Source: Sarea resinae (lineage: Eukaryota). Taken from it: a stretch of DNA of 64,000 bases. The stretch lies in assembly GCA_026026165.1 (NCBI GenBank), contig JAPEUD010000049.1, positions 124,001 through 188,000 on the forward strand. Reading direction: 5' to 3'. The notes under the pieces are model-generated. The model searched no databases. It had not been told where the DNA came from and was given only the letters and a program-made list of their open reading frames with translations. Shown here piece after piece: positions 12,196 through 23,078 of this stretch (position 1 is its first letter; each line of letters opens with the position of its first letter). A program made the position numbers and the translations under genes.

Positions 12196-13277
12196 AGCTC
12201 TTCGGCGATTGGTTCTCTATATAGTTCTACCGTGTGAGCATGTTTATGGCGTTGGCGGTTTGTGGAAAAGTATGCGGTCCGAGGTGAGAGGGCGCGTCTG
12301 CTCTATTACGGACGCACAGAGAATATATTGCTTCCTTGCATTTGTTACTGCCGCTGATATCCCCCAGCTGGCTTCGGCGGGGCCTCGGGCTTGACATGGT
12401 GGTCGGGCCGGCACAGTCTTTGTACACGACGTCTTTTGGGAAAACGGTTGGTTCGCGTCGGCGATGGGGATTCCCTTCTCTTCTGTTACACGATCACTCG
12501 TGATGCTCGCTCAGAGTAGAGCTTGAAAAGTTGAAAAGTTGAAAAGTTACATCTGTGCTGTTTTGCGATTCCCTTGCGGTAGTATAGCGATCTCGCATTG
12601 AGTGTTGTAATTGGGCCGTGTGTCCCGCTAAGCTCCATCACCAACGGTACCACGAAGATTGAATTGTTATCGATGTCTCCGTTCAGACCCTCCTTAGGAT
12701 CCCATCAATGTGAGCACGTACCGATCCGACGCTTTGCACACAACGCATCGCCATCATGTTGGATCGCATTCTGTTGCGATAAGAGTACGGTGGAAGAGCG
12801 ACTGCTGGAGTGTTTGCCGTTCTTGCCGAATGACACTATCGCGCCGAGATATCTACATGCATTGTGCGCAAGGTTGATGTCAGGTTTCACGGGGGAGCTC
12901 GACGATCTACTGGGGTTGGCCACCTATCAGCGCAAGTCGAGATCATCACCACGACGATCTAGACCGTTGGCGATGGCAGGCATGTACAAAGCCGATGGGT
13001 AGAAGACCTTCCCGTAGGAGGAAGGGACACGTTGAAAGTGAGATCCGTATGATCTCATCTACTGTCGTCACAGCCATGCTACCTAGATGCCCGACCAGGA
13101 CCCTGGCTGCTGCTTCATGGAATCATTGCTGCTTCGCACCTTCAAAATGCTGGCGTATTGCAATGTCCCCAATGCATTGGCTTTTTGTTTGCTCGCATCC
13201 CTTTGCCATTGATCAATACTCGCCTTTAGGTTTCCGAAGCCGCTCTTTCTTCTGCGTCTCTTGCTTCCTTCGTCATC

Positions 13278-15204
13278 ATGGTTGTGGGTGGGCAGAACGA
13301 ATTTGCTCTGCATCTCAAGGACCACAATGAGGACGTGAACGCGGGGTCCGTTCTCGACGCTTATTTCAAAGAAGAAAGGAAGGGCTGGCGCGGTTACGTG
13401 GAGTGGGAGGCCACCCCCGAGAAGAAGGAAAAGGCAGCTGAGATCCTCGCGCAATATGATTTCGCCAAGGTAGGACCTCAGTCTGATCTTTCGAGATGGC
13501 TTTGACTGACAAGGTCTCACTGCAAGCCACCCGAGTTTCAACTCGCTCCTTTGCCAACCACCAATCCTGTGATCGAGGGTCTGCGGTTCAAGCAGTATCA
13601 TGCGGCGCTCGGAAATGATCTCAGAGACGTGCCGAAAAGGAGCTGGGAGATTGTGCAGGAAGAAAAGTCCAAGGACATGTTACATCTTCTCCAATTCCCG
13701 TACAACGGCGAGTCGCCGAAGGTGATTCACGATTCGAACGAGATAGACTGGGCATATGACTGACGACTGTCAGACTCGATTGGCTGATACACCCATCACG
13801 CCCAACGAAGACCACTTTGTTCGCAATCATGGCGGCATTCCTGAGTGTGCCGAGGAAGACTATTTCCTCGACATCGATGGGCTCGTCAACGAGCCGAAGA
13901 GGCTCACCCTGGCGGACCTGAAAGACGAGAGTAGATTCCCTCGTCAGAGCGCCGTCGTTACGATACAGTGTTCCGGCACTCGTCGGCTCGAGCAGATGGT
14001 ACTGTATCCAGGAGATGGCGACGAACTCATCAACGCACCCGTAAGCGCATTCCTCCGCCCCCCTTTGAAACCACTGACATTGGCACAGTGGAGCGAAGGT
14101 GCCATCGGCACCGCCCGCTGGACTGGCGTCAGTCTGAAAAAAGTACTCAAATACTGCGGCGGGATCAAAGAAGGCGCAAAGCATATCGAGTTCCAGGGCA
14201 TGGAGACGTATTTCAAAAAAGGGCAAGCCTTTAACTATGCCGTGTCGGTGCCGTGGCGTAAAGTCAAAGCCAACGAGGTCATCCTCGCATGGGAAATGAA
14301 CGGCAAGCCTTTGCCGCGCATCCACGGTCATCCCCTACGGACGGTCGTCTTTGGCTATATCGGCGCGAGGTAAACCCTCTCTGCCGTCTGATTGTTACTA
14401 GCTGACGGAGACACTAGGAGCTGCAAATGGCTCTACAAGATCAACGCGATTCGCGAGCCCAGCTCCGGTCCGGTTCAGAAAAAGGAGTACCTCTACTACG
14501 GCTCCCAGATAGGCAAACACAACGCGGCCTACAGCAACGGCCACTCGATCCAAGACATGCCCGTCTCGTCGGCCATCTTGTCGCCGGCCGACAAGAAAGT
14601 CATCGTCCACGACGGCAAGATCCACGTCAAGGGCTGGGCATACAGCGGTGGGGGCCACTGGCCCGTCCGGGTCGAAGTGAGCATGGACGGCGGATCGGTT
14701 TGGTACGAGGTGCCCCCAAATAGAATGAGTCAGAAATACTTCAACGCGTGGCGGACGTGGAGCGTGGATGTGCCTGTCGACGCCGAGGGCTGGTTGGAGC
14801 TCGTGGCCCGATGCTGGGACGACGCCATGAACACGCAACCGACGTTTGTGCGATCGGCCTGGTACGTCTTGCCCTTCCCTTTGCCTCTACATCCTCTCCT
14901 CTCCTCTCCTCTCCCCTTTCTCTCCCCTTTCCCCTCCCTTGCACCCCCCTCCCACGACTCTCACTCACAGCACCACCACCCGCACCTCAGGAACTGGGAC
15001 ACACACGTCACGTCCTCGTGCCACCGCATCTCCGTCTACAGCATCAATACGTCCCGCCCCGCGACGCGCGCCCGACTCGCCGAGCTGCAGGATGCCCGGA
15101 TCGAGCTCGAGCCCTTGACGCAGCCGCTCCCAATCGATCTCGAGGACGATACCGATTATGTGCGCGAGATGGCTGTTCGGGGTGGTAGGGACCCGGATGA
15201 ATGA
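13278..15204 (+). CDS. Sulfite oxidase-family molybdopterin oxidoreductase (Moco and dimerisation domains, no cytochrome b5 domain); about 6 exons
   Basis: Motifs FVRNHGGIP, QCSGTRR (Mo-ligating Cys), GAIGTARWTGV, LAWEMNGKPLPRIHGHPLR, GYIGAR|SCKWL, KGWAYSGGG and RVEVSMDGG. Confidence 0.9.
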
Positions 15205-15860
15205 GGGGGGTTGGGTTGGGTTGGGTTGGGCTTGGGCATTACGGGGGTTGATGGATAGATCAAAGGGGTGGGTGTATAGATGGATGCATGGATGCATAGA
15301 ATGAGAAACGTGTAGATGAGGCCATAGAGGTCGAGTATACGAATCCGTGGTCCGAGTACATTTTGTCTCCTTCTCCTCCTCCCCTCTTCTTCTTCAACTT
15401 CAACAACAAGGATCAACAAACAAAGACATTCTACAGCCAGGCCAACCTGATCTCCCCGCTTCTCCTACTTAATCCTCCCTACTCTACCCACTCTCCTACT
15501 CTACTCTCCCTAGCCTACCTATCCCATTATTCCATCATTCCAGCATCACTAAATCTACTGCCTCAATCACATTTACATCAACATTCACGTTTCACAGTCA
15601 CGTTCACGTTTCACAGTCACATTCACGTTCACAGTCACAGTCACAGTCACGGGGCGGACGATGATGATGATGATGACGATGATGACGATAATGGTAGTAA
15701 TAGTGATAGTAATAGTAATAGTAATAGTGATATTCCTCCCCCAGCACAAACAAACAAAACACGTTCCATGAAACAAATCTACTTTTAGATATGATATATA
15801 CATGGATAGAGATAAGGCACATGCAGACGCAGATGCAGACGCAGACGCAGATGCAGACGT
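15205..15860. repeat. Microsatellite cluster: (GGGTT)n, (CACAGT/CACGTT)n, (GAT)n, (AATAGT)n, (GCAGAY)n
   Basis: Directly visible at ~15208-15230, 15586-15650, 15660-15690, 15695-15730 and 15823-15858. Confidence 0.9.
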
Positions 15861-16030
15861 CTCACCGGGGAGGAATGGGAAGGGAGGAAGGGGGGCAAAC
15901 CCCGACCTCGACGTTCCTGTACGGATGAAATCTCGGCCAGCCGGCCGGCCCGCCCGCCCGCCATCCATCGCGAGGCGTCTAGACATCGAGACATCGAAGC
16001 CGATCAGAGCAGAGCCGAGCAAAGCCTAGC

Positions 16031-17655
16031 CTAAATATTCCGGCCCCCCGTCACGCTGATGGTCTGTCCGCTAACATAGGCGCACAGCGGGCTGACGACA
16101 GCCAAGATGGCGCCGGCGGCCTCGGTGGCCGTGCCGGGGCGGCCGAGAGGGATGTCCTTGTGCTGCTGCTGGTGCTGCTGGCCGTCTGCCTTTTCTCGTT
16201 CTTTATCTGCCGGGTCTGTCTTCTTGGCGTTGGCGTTGGCGTTTGCGTTGGCGTCGCTAGCCGAGCCCGAACGAGCTGCGAGTTGTTGCCCTGGGATGCC
16301 GAGTGCGACCTTCTCGCCTGAGGGCAGCGTGGCAAAGGCGCCGGATTCCTTGGGCGCCGTTAGCCGGGTCGAGATGTGGCCGTAGGCTATCGTGTTCGCG
16401 CGCACGGAGAAGGCGGGACCCCATTCCTGGGTTTTTTGTCAGTGACGGATGGGAGATGTAGTGGTAGAGGAGGGGTGCAGCGTGATTGTGGGGAAGAGGG
16501 AGAGGGGAGGGGGTAACAGGGGTGGGAAAGTGGGGGGAAAGGAGAAAGGGAAAAGGGGAAGGGCAAGGGCGAAAGGAATACCTTGGCGATTGTTTTCGTG
16601 AGCCCCGTTATGCCTGCTTTGGCGAGTGCATAATTGGCCTGTCCACTGGACACGCCCAGCCCAGGATGAGTGGCTGGAGTCAGCTATCGTACAATCCCTT
16701 TCATTGATATGCAGAGCAGCAAAGGGAAGAGCCTGTGAGGGAAGCTTTTGTAAAAGCGACAAATGGATGAACTGAGATCACGATAGAGAAGGGAGAACGA
16801 AAAAGGAAGACATACGCATTCCCGTGCAGTCCGCTCGTACTGCTGATATTGACTATGTTTCTGGGCTCGCCGTCTCGCACGCGGAAATAGGGCGCCGCCG
16901 CCCGGACGAGCTTAAATGGCGCCGTGGCGTGCAGTGCCAGGATCGTCGACCACTGCTTGTCTGTCGTCTGATTCAATCGAGCCGCGTCAGTGTATTCATT
17001 CTCATCTCTCTTTTTCGGCTCCATGTAAAGATATAAATATATATCTCCCTAGTGGAACGAGGCCAGCTTGGGTTGGATTGAAAAGGAGAAAATGGATTGC
17101 AATGTGAAAGGACAGGTGACAAGTCGGACCGGAGGATAAAAGTGGGCAGAAGATGTAGACTTGTTGATATACCTTATGAATAACTCCATCCCACGTAAAT
17201 CCGGCGTTGTTGACGATGATATGAATCTTGCCTCTCCCGAACTCGGCCGCCCGCTTCACGAGCTCAGGGATAAAGGCATCGTCGAGCATATCACCGGGCA
17301 CGGAGACGGCGCTGCCAGCACCACAGCGCTGATTGATAGCTGCGGCCACGGCATCGGACTTTCCTATACCCATGTCAGCCAATGTGTCAGTTTATACAAC
17401 GTATCCCTATCTTGACGATGAAAATCTCGAAGAAACAAAATTCCACCACAGAGGGAGGAGGTGGAGAGAGGGAATATATTACCTACCCTTATCGACATCC
17501 GAGACGACGACCTTGGCCCCCTCGTTGGCAAATAGTCGCGCTGTTTCTGCGCCAATGCCCTGTCCAGAGCCCGTTATTATGGCAACTTGGCCTGCTAGCA
17601 TGCCCTGTGGGTAATTGAGGTGGCTGGCGATCTGGGCGACGCGGTTGCTTGCCAT
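16031..17655 (-). CDS. Short-chain dehydrogenase/reductase (FabG/3-oxoacyl reductase-like) with N-terminal PTS2; 5 exons
   Basis: Rossmann motif TGSGQGIG, VNNAG, NISSTSG, catalytic NYALAK, and YVSGQTISVTGG. Four GT-AG introns. Confidence 0.9.
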
Positions 17656-18166
17656 GGTGGTGGATGCGCTTGTGGCTTTCGTCTTGGGGGGCAACGGGGC
17701 GAGGTGGGTTGAAGAATGGATTGATTGCTCGATCTAATCTTTATGCGGAATGAAGAATAAACAGGAGGGGGATAAGGACAGAGAGCTGAGAGTGATATGG
17801 AGAGAAAATTGCGGGTGATGCTTCAGTTTACTCCGCAATATATCATACTCCGCATATTGCTGATAGTCGAATTGGATGGGCCGAGGCTCGGCTCGGTCGT
17901 GCTGTTCGGATTTATCTTTGTCCGGATAAGATAATGATCTCACTTGATCTAATCTGCCCCTCCAACCACGTATCGATCCTGCATATGGAGGTGTCTTTTG
18001 TGCTACTCGAGGCCAATGAGAATACATCAGTGGAAAGGAAATCGTGTTCATTGGACATCAACTAATAGGATGTAATCTCATTGTTATATCTATCGCTATG
18101 CTCATGAATTTGTGAGGCCTTAAACACCAATTCTCGTTTGGACGCATTAATCCAACGAATGGGAGA

Positions 18167-19230
18167 CTACCCGCAACGGGCGCCCGTCCTATGATTATAA
18201 TCAAAAGCCTTGATCAAACCGATCAGATGTGATGCCGCCGCAGCAACGACCAAGAAATGGAATATCTGATGAGAACTTCCAAAGACATCAAAGGCACCAG
18301 GGCGAATGCGCTCGGGAATGCGGGCCTGTAGGTCCAAAGTTAGTATCACACATCAACAGGATCGAAAGGAGGGACTAACGGCATATATGGCTGCACCAAT
18401 AATATAAAGGGAACCTTGCAAAATGACCCAGAATAGCGCCATACGGGCTTCAAGACCCTCAACCCCGTACATGTCTAGGCCATGTAGAACGGGAATGACG
18501 GCTGATAAGCCCAGTGCAACGAACATGCTGGCGCGAAAGGTCCGCCATTGCGGGGTGCGGAATCTATTGAGAGAGGATACAACGGCGCAGCCAAAGCCAA
18601 GTGATGAGATCTATTGAGAGTTAGCTGTCATGCTGAAGCAGATGGGGTGCAGTCCAGGAAAGGAATTACCATCGTCCAGTATAGTTTGTACAGTGTCGGG
18701 TGGCAGTAGAATCCGTAATATATGCTCGGGACAAAACTCCCGGTAATCAAAAACACAATTCCGATGTAGTCTAGTTTATTACCAAATCTGGAGACCTCTG
18801 GCGAGTGGTTGGAGATGGCATGATAGGTCGCAGACATGCCAAGACAGACGGCCACGCCAAGGAAAAAGCATCCGAAAGCTATGACATCGGCGCGTGAAGA
18901 AGTCGCATACCGGGGCTCGAGAATGTTGTAGAGAAAGACGCTGATGATGCTGAAGACGATTGCGCCGAGGAGGTGCGAATAGATATTGACGGATTCGTTG
19001 TGGAGGTAGCCCAGGCTAGCAAATGATCCAAGGTAGGAGTTTGAGACAGGACGATAGCTACCGCGGATGTAATGATTATCTTGCATCCAATGAGGCAGAT
19101 CTTCCCAGAGAACCGTCAGCGTCTCTTCAATCTTCTTCTCGACCATCTCGGCAGCATGCATCCCAGAAGATAGAGCGGAGCCTGAGCTTGAGCCTGAACA
19201 GGCGGATGATCCTCGTTGACGAGCAGCCAT
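18167..19230 (-). CDS. PAQR / haemolysin-III family membrane receptor (Izh-like); 3 exons
   Basis: LHNESVNIYSHL, SATYH, NKLDYIGI and ARIPER..PGAFDVFGSSHQIFH are PAQR zinc-binding motifs. Confidence 0.92.
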
Positions 19231-19575
19231 AGCTCAATCGCTCAAAGGTGAAGAAAGGAAGAATCGGTGTGTGGGCATTTTACTTGGCTTATCGGATTCC
19301 GGCGAGGGAGATAACGCGCATGTTGAACAGACTGGTGAGCCGAGTCGAAATTGTTGGCAACAAGACCTGGGTAGTACTCTCGGCATACCTCATAACATCT
19401 GATATCAACAGGACATCCGAGAGTGTATGTTTACGTAAGCACAGCCCACGCCCATCTAATCTGATAATGATAGCCTGCATCATCGGACGAAAGCAAAGAC
19501 AACAATCGTTGGAGCTCTCTGCTCGCTCCTCCAACTCTATCGCTCCATATAGTCCACGTACGTGCGTATACCAGC

Positions 19576-20665
19576 ATGGCTAATGCACTTCGTCGTCGCT
19601 CCTCGGGGGCATGGGCAAGGCTCAAGGGTGGGCCATCGGACCCTTTAGAAAATATGGGTTTGCCTTCCAAGGGCGAGAAGAGGTATGCGACCTAGGAAAC
19701 TCTGGCATAACAACAACACTACCACCATCACCGATAGCTAATTCGCGGTTAGATTACTCAACCCAAAAGCGCAAGAGGAATTCTTTGGTAAGATCGTGGA
19801 CCGATATATGAAATTCTGCGCCGCAGCCGGCCGCAAAAACCAGGAACTTGACCGACGATTTGCATCCCTCTCCCTCCTCACGTCGCCAACCGCAACAGCG
19901 GGAGAGAACACGCCTCCGCCGTCTCCTCAGCCTCAGGATCAGGCCTCTCAAAGCAACGGAAGGGGCAAAAAACAGTCGTCATCTCCGTCCCGATCCGTGT
20001 CGGCACCATCCGCTACATCCACAGGAGTCGCCCCGGAGCACAGCGCCGAGCTCTACACCATCACCTTCGCGATGCGCAAACTCCGCGAGGCCATCGTGGC
20101 CACTCACCGCACCGACACCTTTGCCCAACGCGCCTACGTCTTCATCATCCGCGCCTGCATCCTCACCAAGCATCTCGAATCCTACCACCCGGCCCTGCTC
20201 CATCTCTTCCAGACGATCCATCCGTGCACCCCTCTCTCGCGTTCCGAATACACCGAATTCACAGGCTACCTCATCTTGGACCTTGCGTGCCGCCAGAATG
20301 ATCTGGCCGCCGCGCATGCCATCCGAGTTCTCCACGCCTACCGCGAGCGCCGCCCGATCAGGGTGGTCGATTCGCTAGTGCGCCATGATTGGTGTCTGTT
20401 TTGGCGGATGCGGAGGGCGGTGGACGGGTACCAGCGGCGATTGGTAGAATTTGCCGAGGACAGGATGCAGAAGCATGCGCTGCTGTGTCTGTCGCGGAGC
20501 TATTTTACCGTCGAGAAGGCCTATGTGGAGAAGGTCACTGATAGAAGCTGGGAGGAGCTGACGGGGGAGCCGCTGAAGGTCGGCTGGGACCTCGAGGACG
20601 GAGACAAGGTTGTTATCAGAAGGCCTAAGGCACGCTTAGTAGGGGGCTATACAGCGATCTCTTAG
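19576..20665 (+). CDS. Conserved fungal PCI / SAC3-GANP-like domain protein; intron ~19683-19752
   Basis: Exon 1 MANALRRRSSGAWARLK...GLPSKGEK splices into ORF 19796-20665. Helical MRKLREAIVA...YHPALLHL region and a winged-helix-like end (LSRSYFTVEK...GWDLEDGDKVVIR). Confidence 0.7.
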
Positions 20666-21003
20666 GCAAAGGGTTTGTTCTTTTAGGAGTTTGGGGGGAG
20701 TTTGTATCGTTATACCCCGCCGAAAGCGGCTCTGTGCCGGCGTTGCTTTAGATGCATGTCTTGGAGGCGGGTAGCCCTTTTGGTTTTTGGGGTGGTCACC
20801 CCTAGCATTATGCTTATACTCTCTTTACTCCATTTAAAGCCTCAATTAGTTTATAATGACTGAGTGCTGCTGCACGAACAACCCCTACTGGTTGCAGCCA
20901 TGGTCTCTTAGTGCCCTGATCAGACTAGTCCTTTGAAAAAAGGTCAAAAGGCCAGAGAACCACGTCACTATAGACTCTTCGATCAAGAAAAGGCCCACGG
21001 TAC

Positions 21004-21023
21004 TATATATATATATATATATA
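21004..21023. repeat. (TA)10 microsatellite
   Basis: Directly visible. Confidence 0.9.
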
Positions 21024-21604
21024 ATATTTCCCCTCGTTATTTAGGCACCAGTGAGACGACGATGCAAGATGGGTATTTCCGCGTGGAGGAGGCGAGAGAG
21101 AAGGGACTGAGAAATCACTCGCACCGACCCGGCACGGCACGGCCGGATCATTGGCCTCCAATTCCAACTGGGCTCTTGTCATCCCATCTAATAGATGGCG
21201 TTGTTTTCTCTTGGGTTTGTAGGGGCGGACTGAGGGATAAATGGAGGGGATTCGAGCCTCCTTATCGTTTTTTTTCTAGAGCGAAAGTGGGATCGTGTGC
21301 CACTGACGATGCAGACAAGATTAATGTTTCGATTTCTAGTAACCATGATGGGGGAAAAAAGATTCACGAAATTATATTATGCATACAATGCCCTGGATGT
21401 AAAATCCAAAGTCTGACCCAGGAAATTGAAGCGCAACGTGATTAAAGTGAGAAGTTCGTACTCTATTTTAGATTTACATGTTCAGCAATACGCTTATGTG
21501 ACCCCCTCGAGCCCAGACTCGGGTATACTGTATCTATTCGCAACAAGAAAAAGGAAAAAAAAAGAAATAAAGGTTATTACGATATTAAGAAGAGCGCCAG
21601 AAAT

Positions 21605-23078
21605 TCATGAAGATGACGCGCCTTTTTTCTCTTCGACGGGGTTTTGATCCATCGCCTCGTACCATTGGATCACACTGCCTATCAGGAAAGCCCAGGAGCC
21701 CCAGAAGGTGGCGAGATTGGCCTCGTAGTCGGCGCCGCTGTTTGTCGAGTATCCCAACGCGCCGCAGAGCTATTTGGCTCCAACTATCAGCTGTTGTTGG
21801 TTGGAAGCGGAGGTGAAAGGAAGAGGCACGAAAGGATTCATGGATGGATAATCTTCCACTTACAGTAAAGCCGATAGCGCCGATGAAATTCCAGAAACCT
21901 ATGTGCCACCCGAGAGTGCCCAGCGCGGGGACATACCACTTCGGCTGCGTCTCCAGCATGAACAGCACTCCCGAAATGATGAAGCCCGTGCCACCAACGA
22001 CTTGTGGTGTCCAGAATACACCATCGAGCAACGGCTGGTCCGTCTGGCTAACCACGTTGGGAAGAGCAGTGAAACCTGAGATCCAGAAGATGGTGGCGCC
22101 GAGAAACTGTGCCAGGGAAGCTAGGAAGCCCATTTCGCGGAGATAGTGCGTCCGTAGCTCGTACCATGATGGGAACCAGACCCATGATCTGCCATCTTCG
22201 GCCGAGGCATCGGGTTTGCTTGGTGGTGGGTCGGGAGAGGAGCTCGAGCTCGTTGAGGTGTGCTTGGTGGATTTCGGCATCACTGTCATGTATCAATATG
22301 AGAAAGAAGATCCCATGTAACAGCATTGAAACATACCGGAACTTCTGCCAACGAGGTTTCTTTTGTTAGTATGATGGTGAGTACAGCCGTTCATATCCGG
22401 CCGGACACGAATAAGGCGCCCCTTCTCGCCCGAATGCTCCTGAACGACCTGTTCGAGCGCCCAGCCGAAACATCCGCTTCGGTTCTCATTCACAGCCTCA
22501 AACATGAGCAGAATACTGCCGAGCTCGAAAACTGTTGCGCCAACAAAGGCCGTGACGCCTCCAGCAGTGTAGCTCTCGTCCGGGAATTCGGAGCTCGGTC
22601 GAACAAGCGGTAGCCATACGAAGAAGGCATTGATCACCCAGATTATAGAACCCCAGGTGAAAATGACGGCAACCAACCAGGAGATATTCCAGTAGGGATA
22701 TTGAGTAAGCATGCGTTTACACCCCTTCAGAATTGCGCGTAGCGAAGTCGTCTTTGGAGGCACGATGTAATGCGCTGGTCCTGAATCAACGACCGGATCG
22801 ACAACCAGAGTATGTCGGCCTTTACGGTTGTCTCGCGCCCGCCATTTGAACCCGATGTTATCCGCCAGCTGCTCATCGCCTTCCTCCGCTCTCTCTTCCA
22901 AATCATGTACCTTCTCATCATCACTACTCAAGAAATTTCCTCTGGAGACATGTCTGAAGTGCGCGCGGGTCGGGTTGAAGAAAGAAAACGGCCCGGACAC
23001 TTGTCGGTGTCTCAACTCCAGGGACGGTACTTGCACGAGGGGCTCATGATGAGGAGTGAAATGCGCGTTGCGAGGCAT
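21605..23078 (-). CDS. Conserved fungal integral membrane protein; exons 23078-22337, 22282-21864, 21769-21605
   Basis: The spliced frame is continuous and has several Trp/Gly-rich transmembrane segments (WLVAVIFTWGSIIWVINAFF; GWHIGFWNFIGAIGFT|LCGALG; TFWGSWAFLIGSVIQWYE). Confidence 0.8.

Noticed and set aside
9000..13270. TPP riboswitch near the TPP-dependent ILV2
   Set aside because: No aptamer core (CTGAGA...ATACC...GATC...AATGCCAGCG) seen in the introns or UTRs.
12598..13330. Short ORFs between ILV2 and the sulfite oxidase gene
   Set aside because: No motifs, no consistent splice model, and mostly non-ATG starts.
15363..16029. ORFs with poly-D, ITITIT and ADADAD tracts
   Set aside because: Translations of intergenic microsatellites.
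16640..17490. Spliceosomal twin introns in the longer SDR introns
   Set aside because: No internal intron whose removal rebuilds a donor, branch or acceptor site could be constructed.
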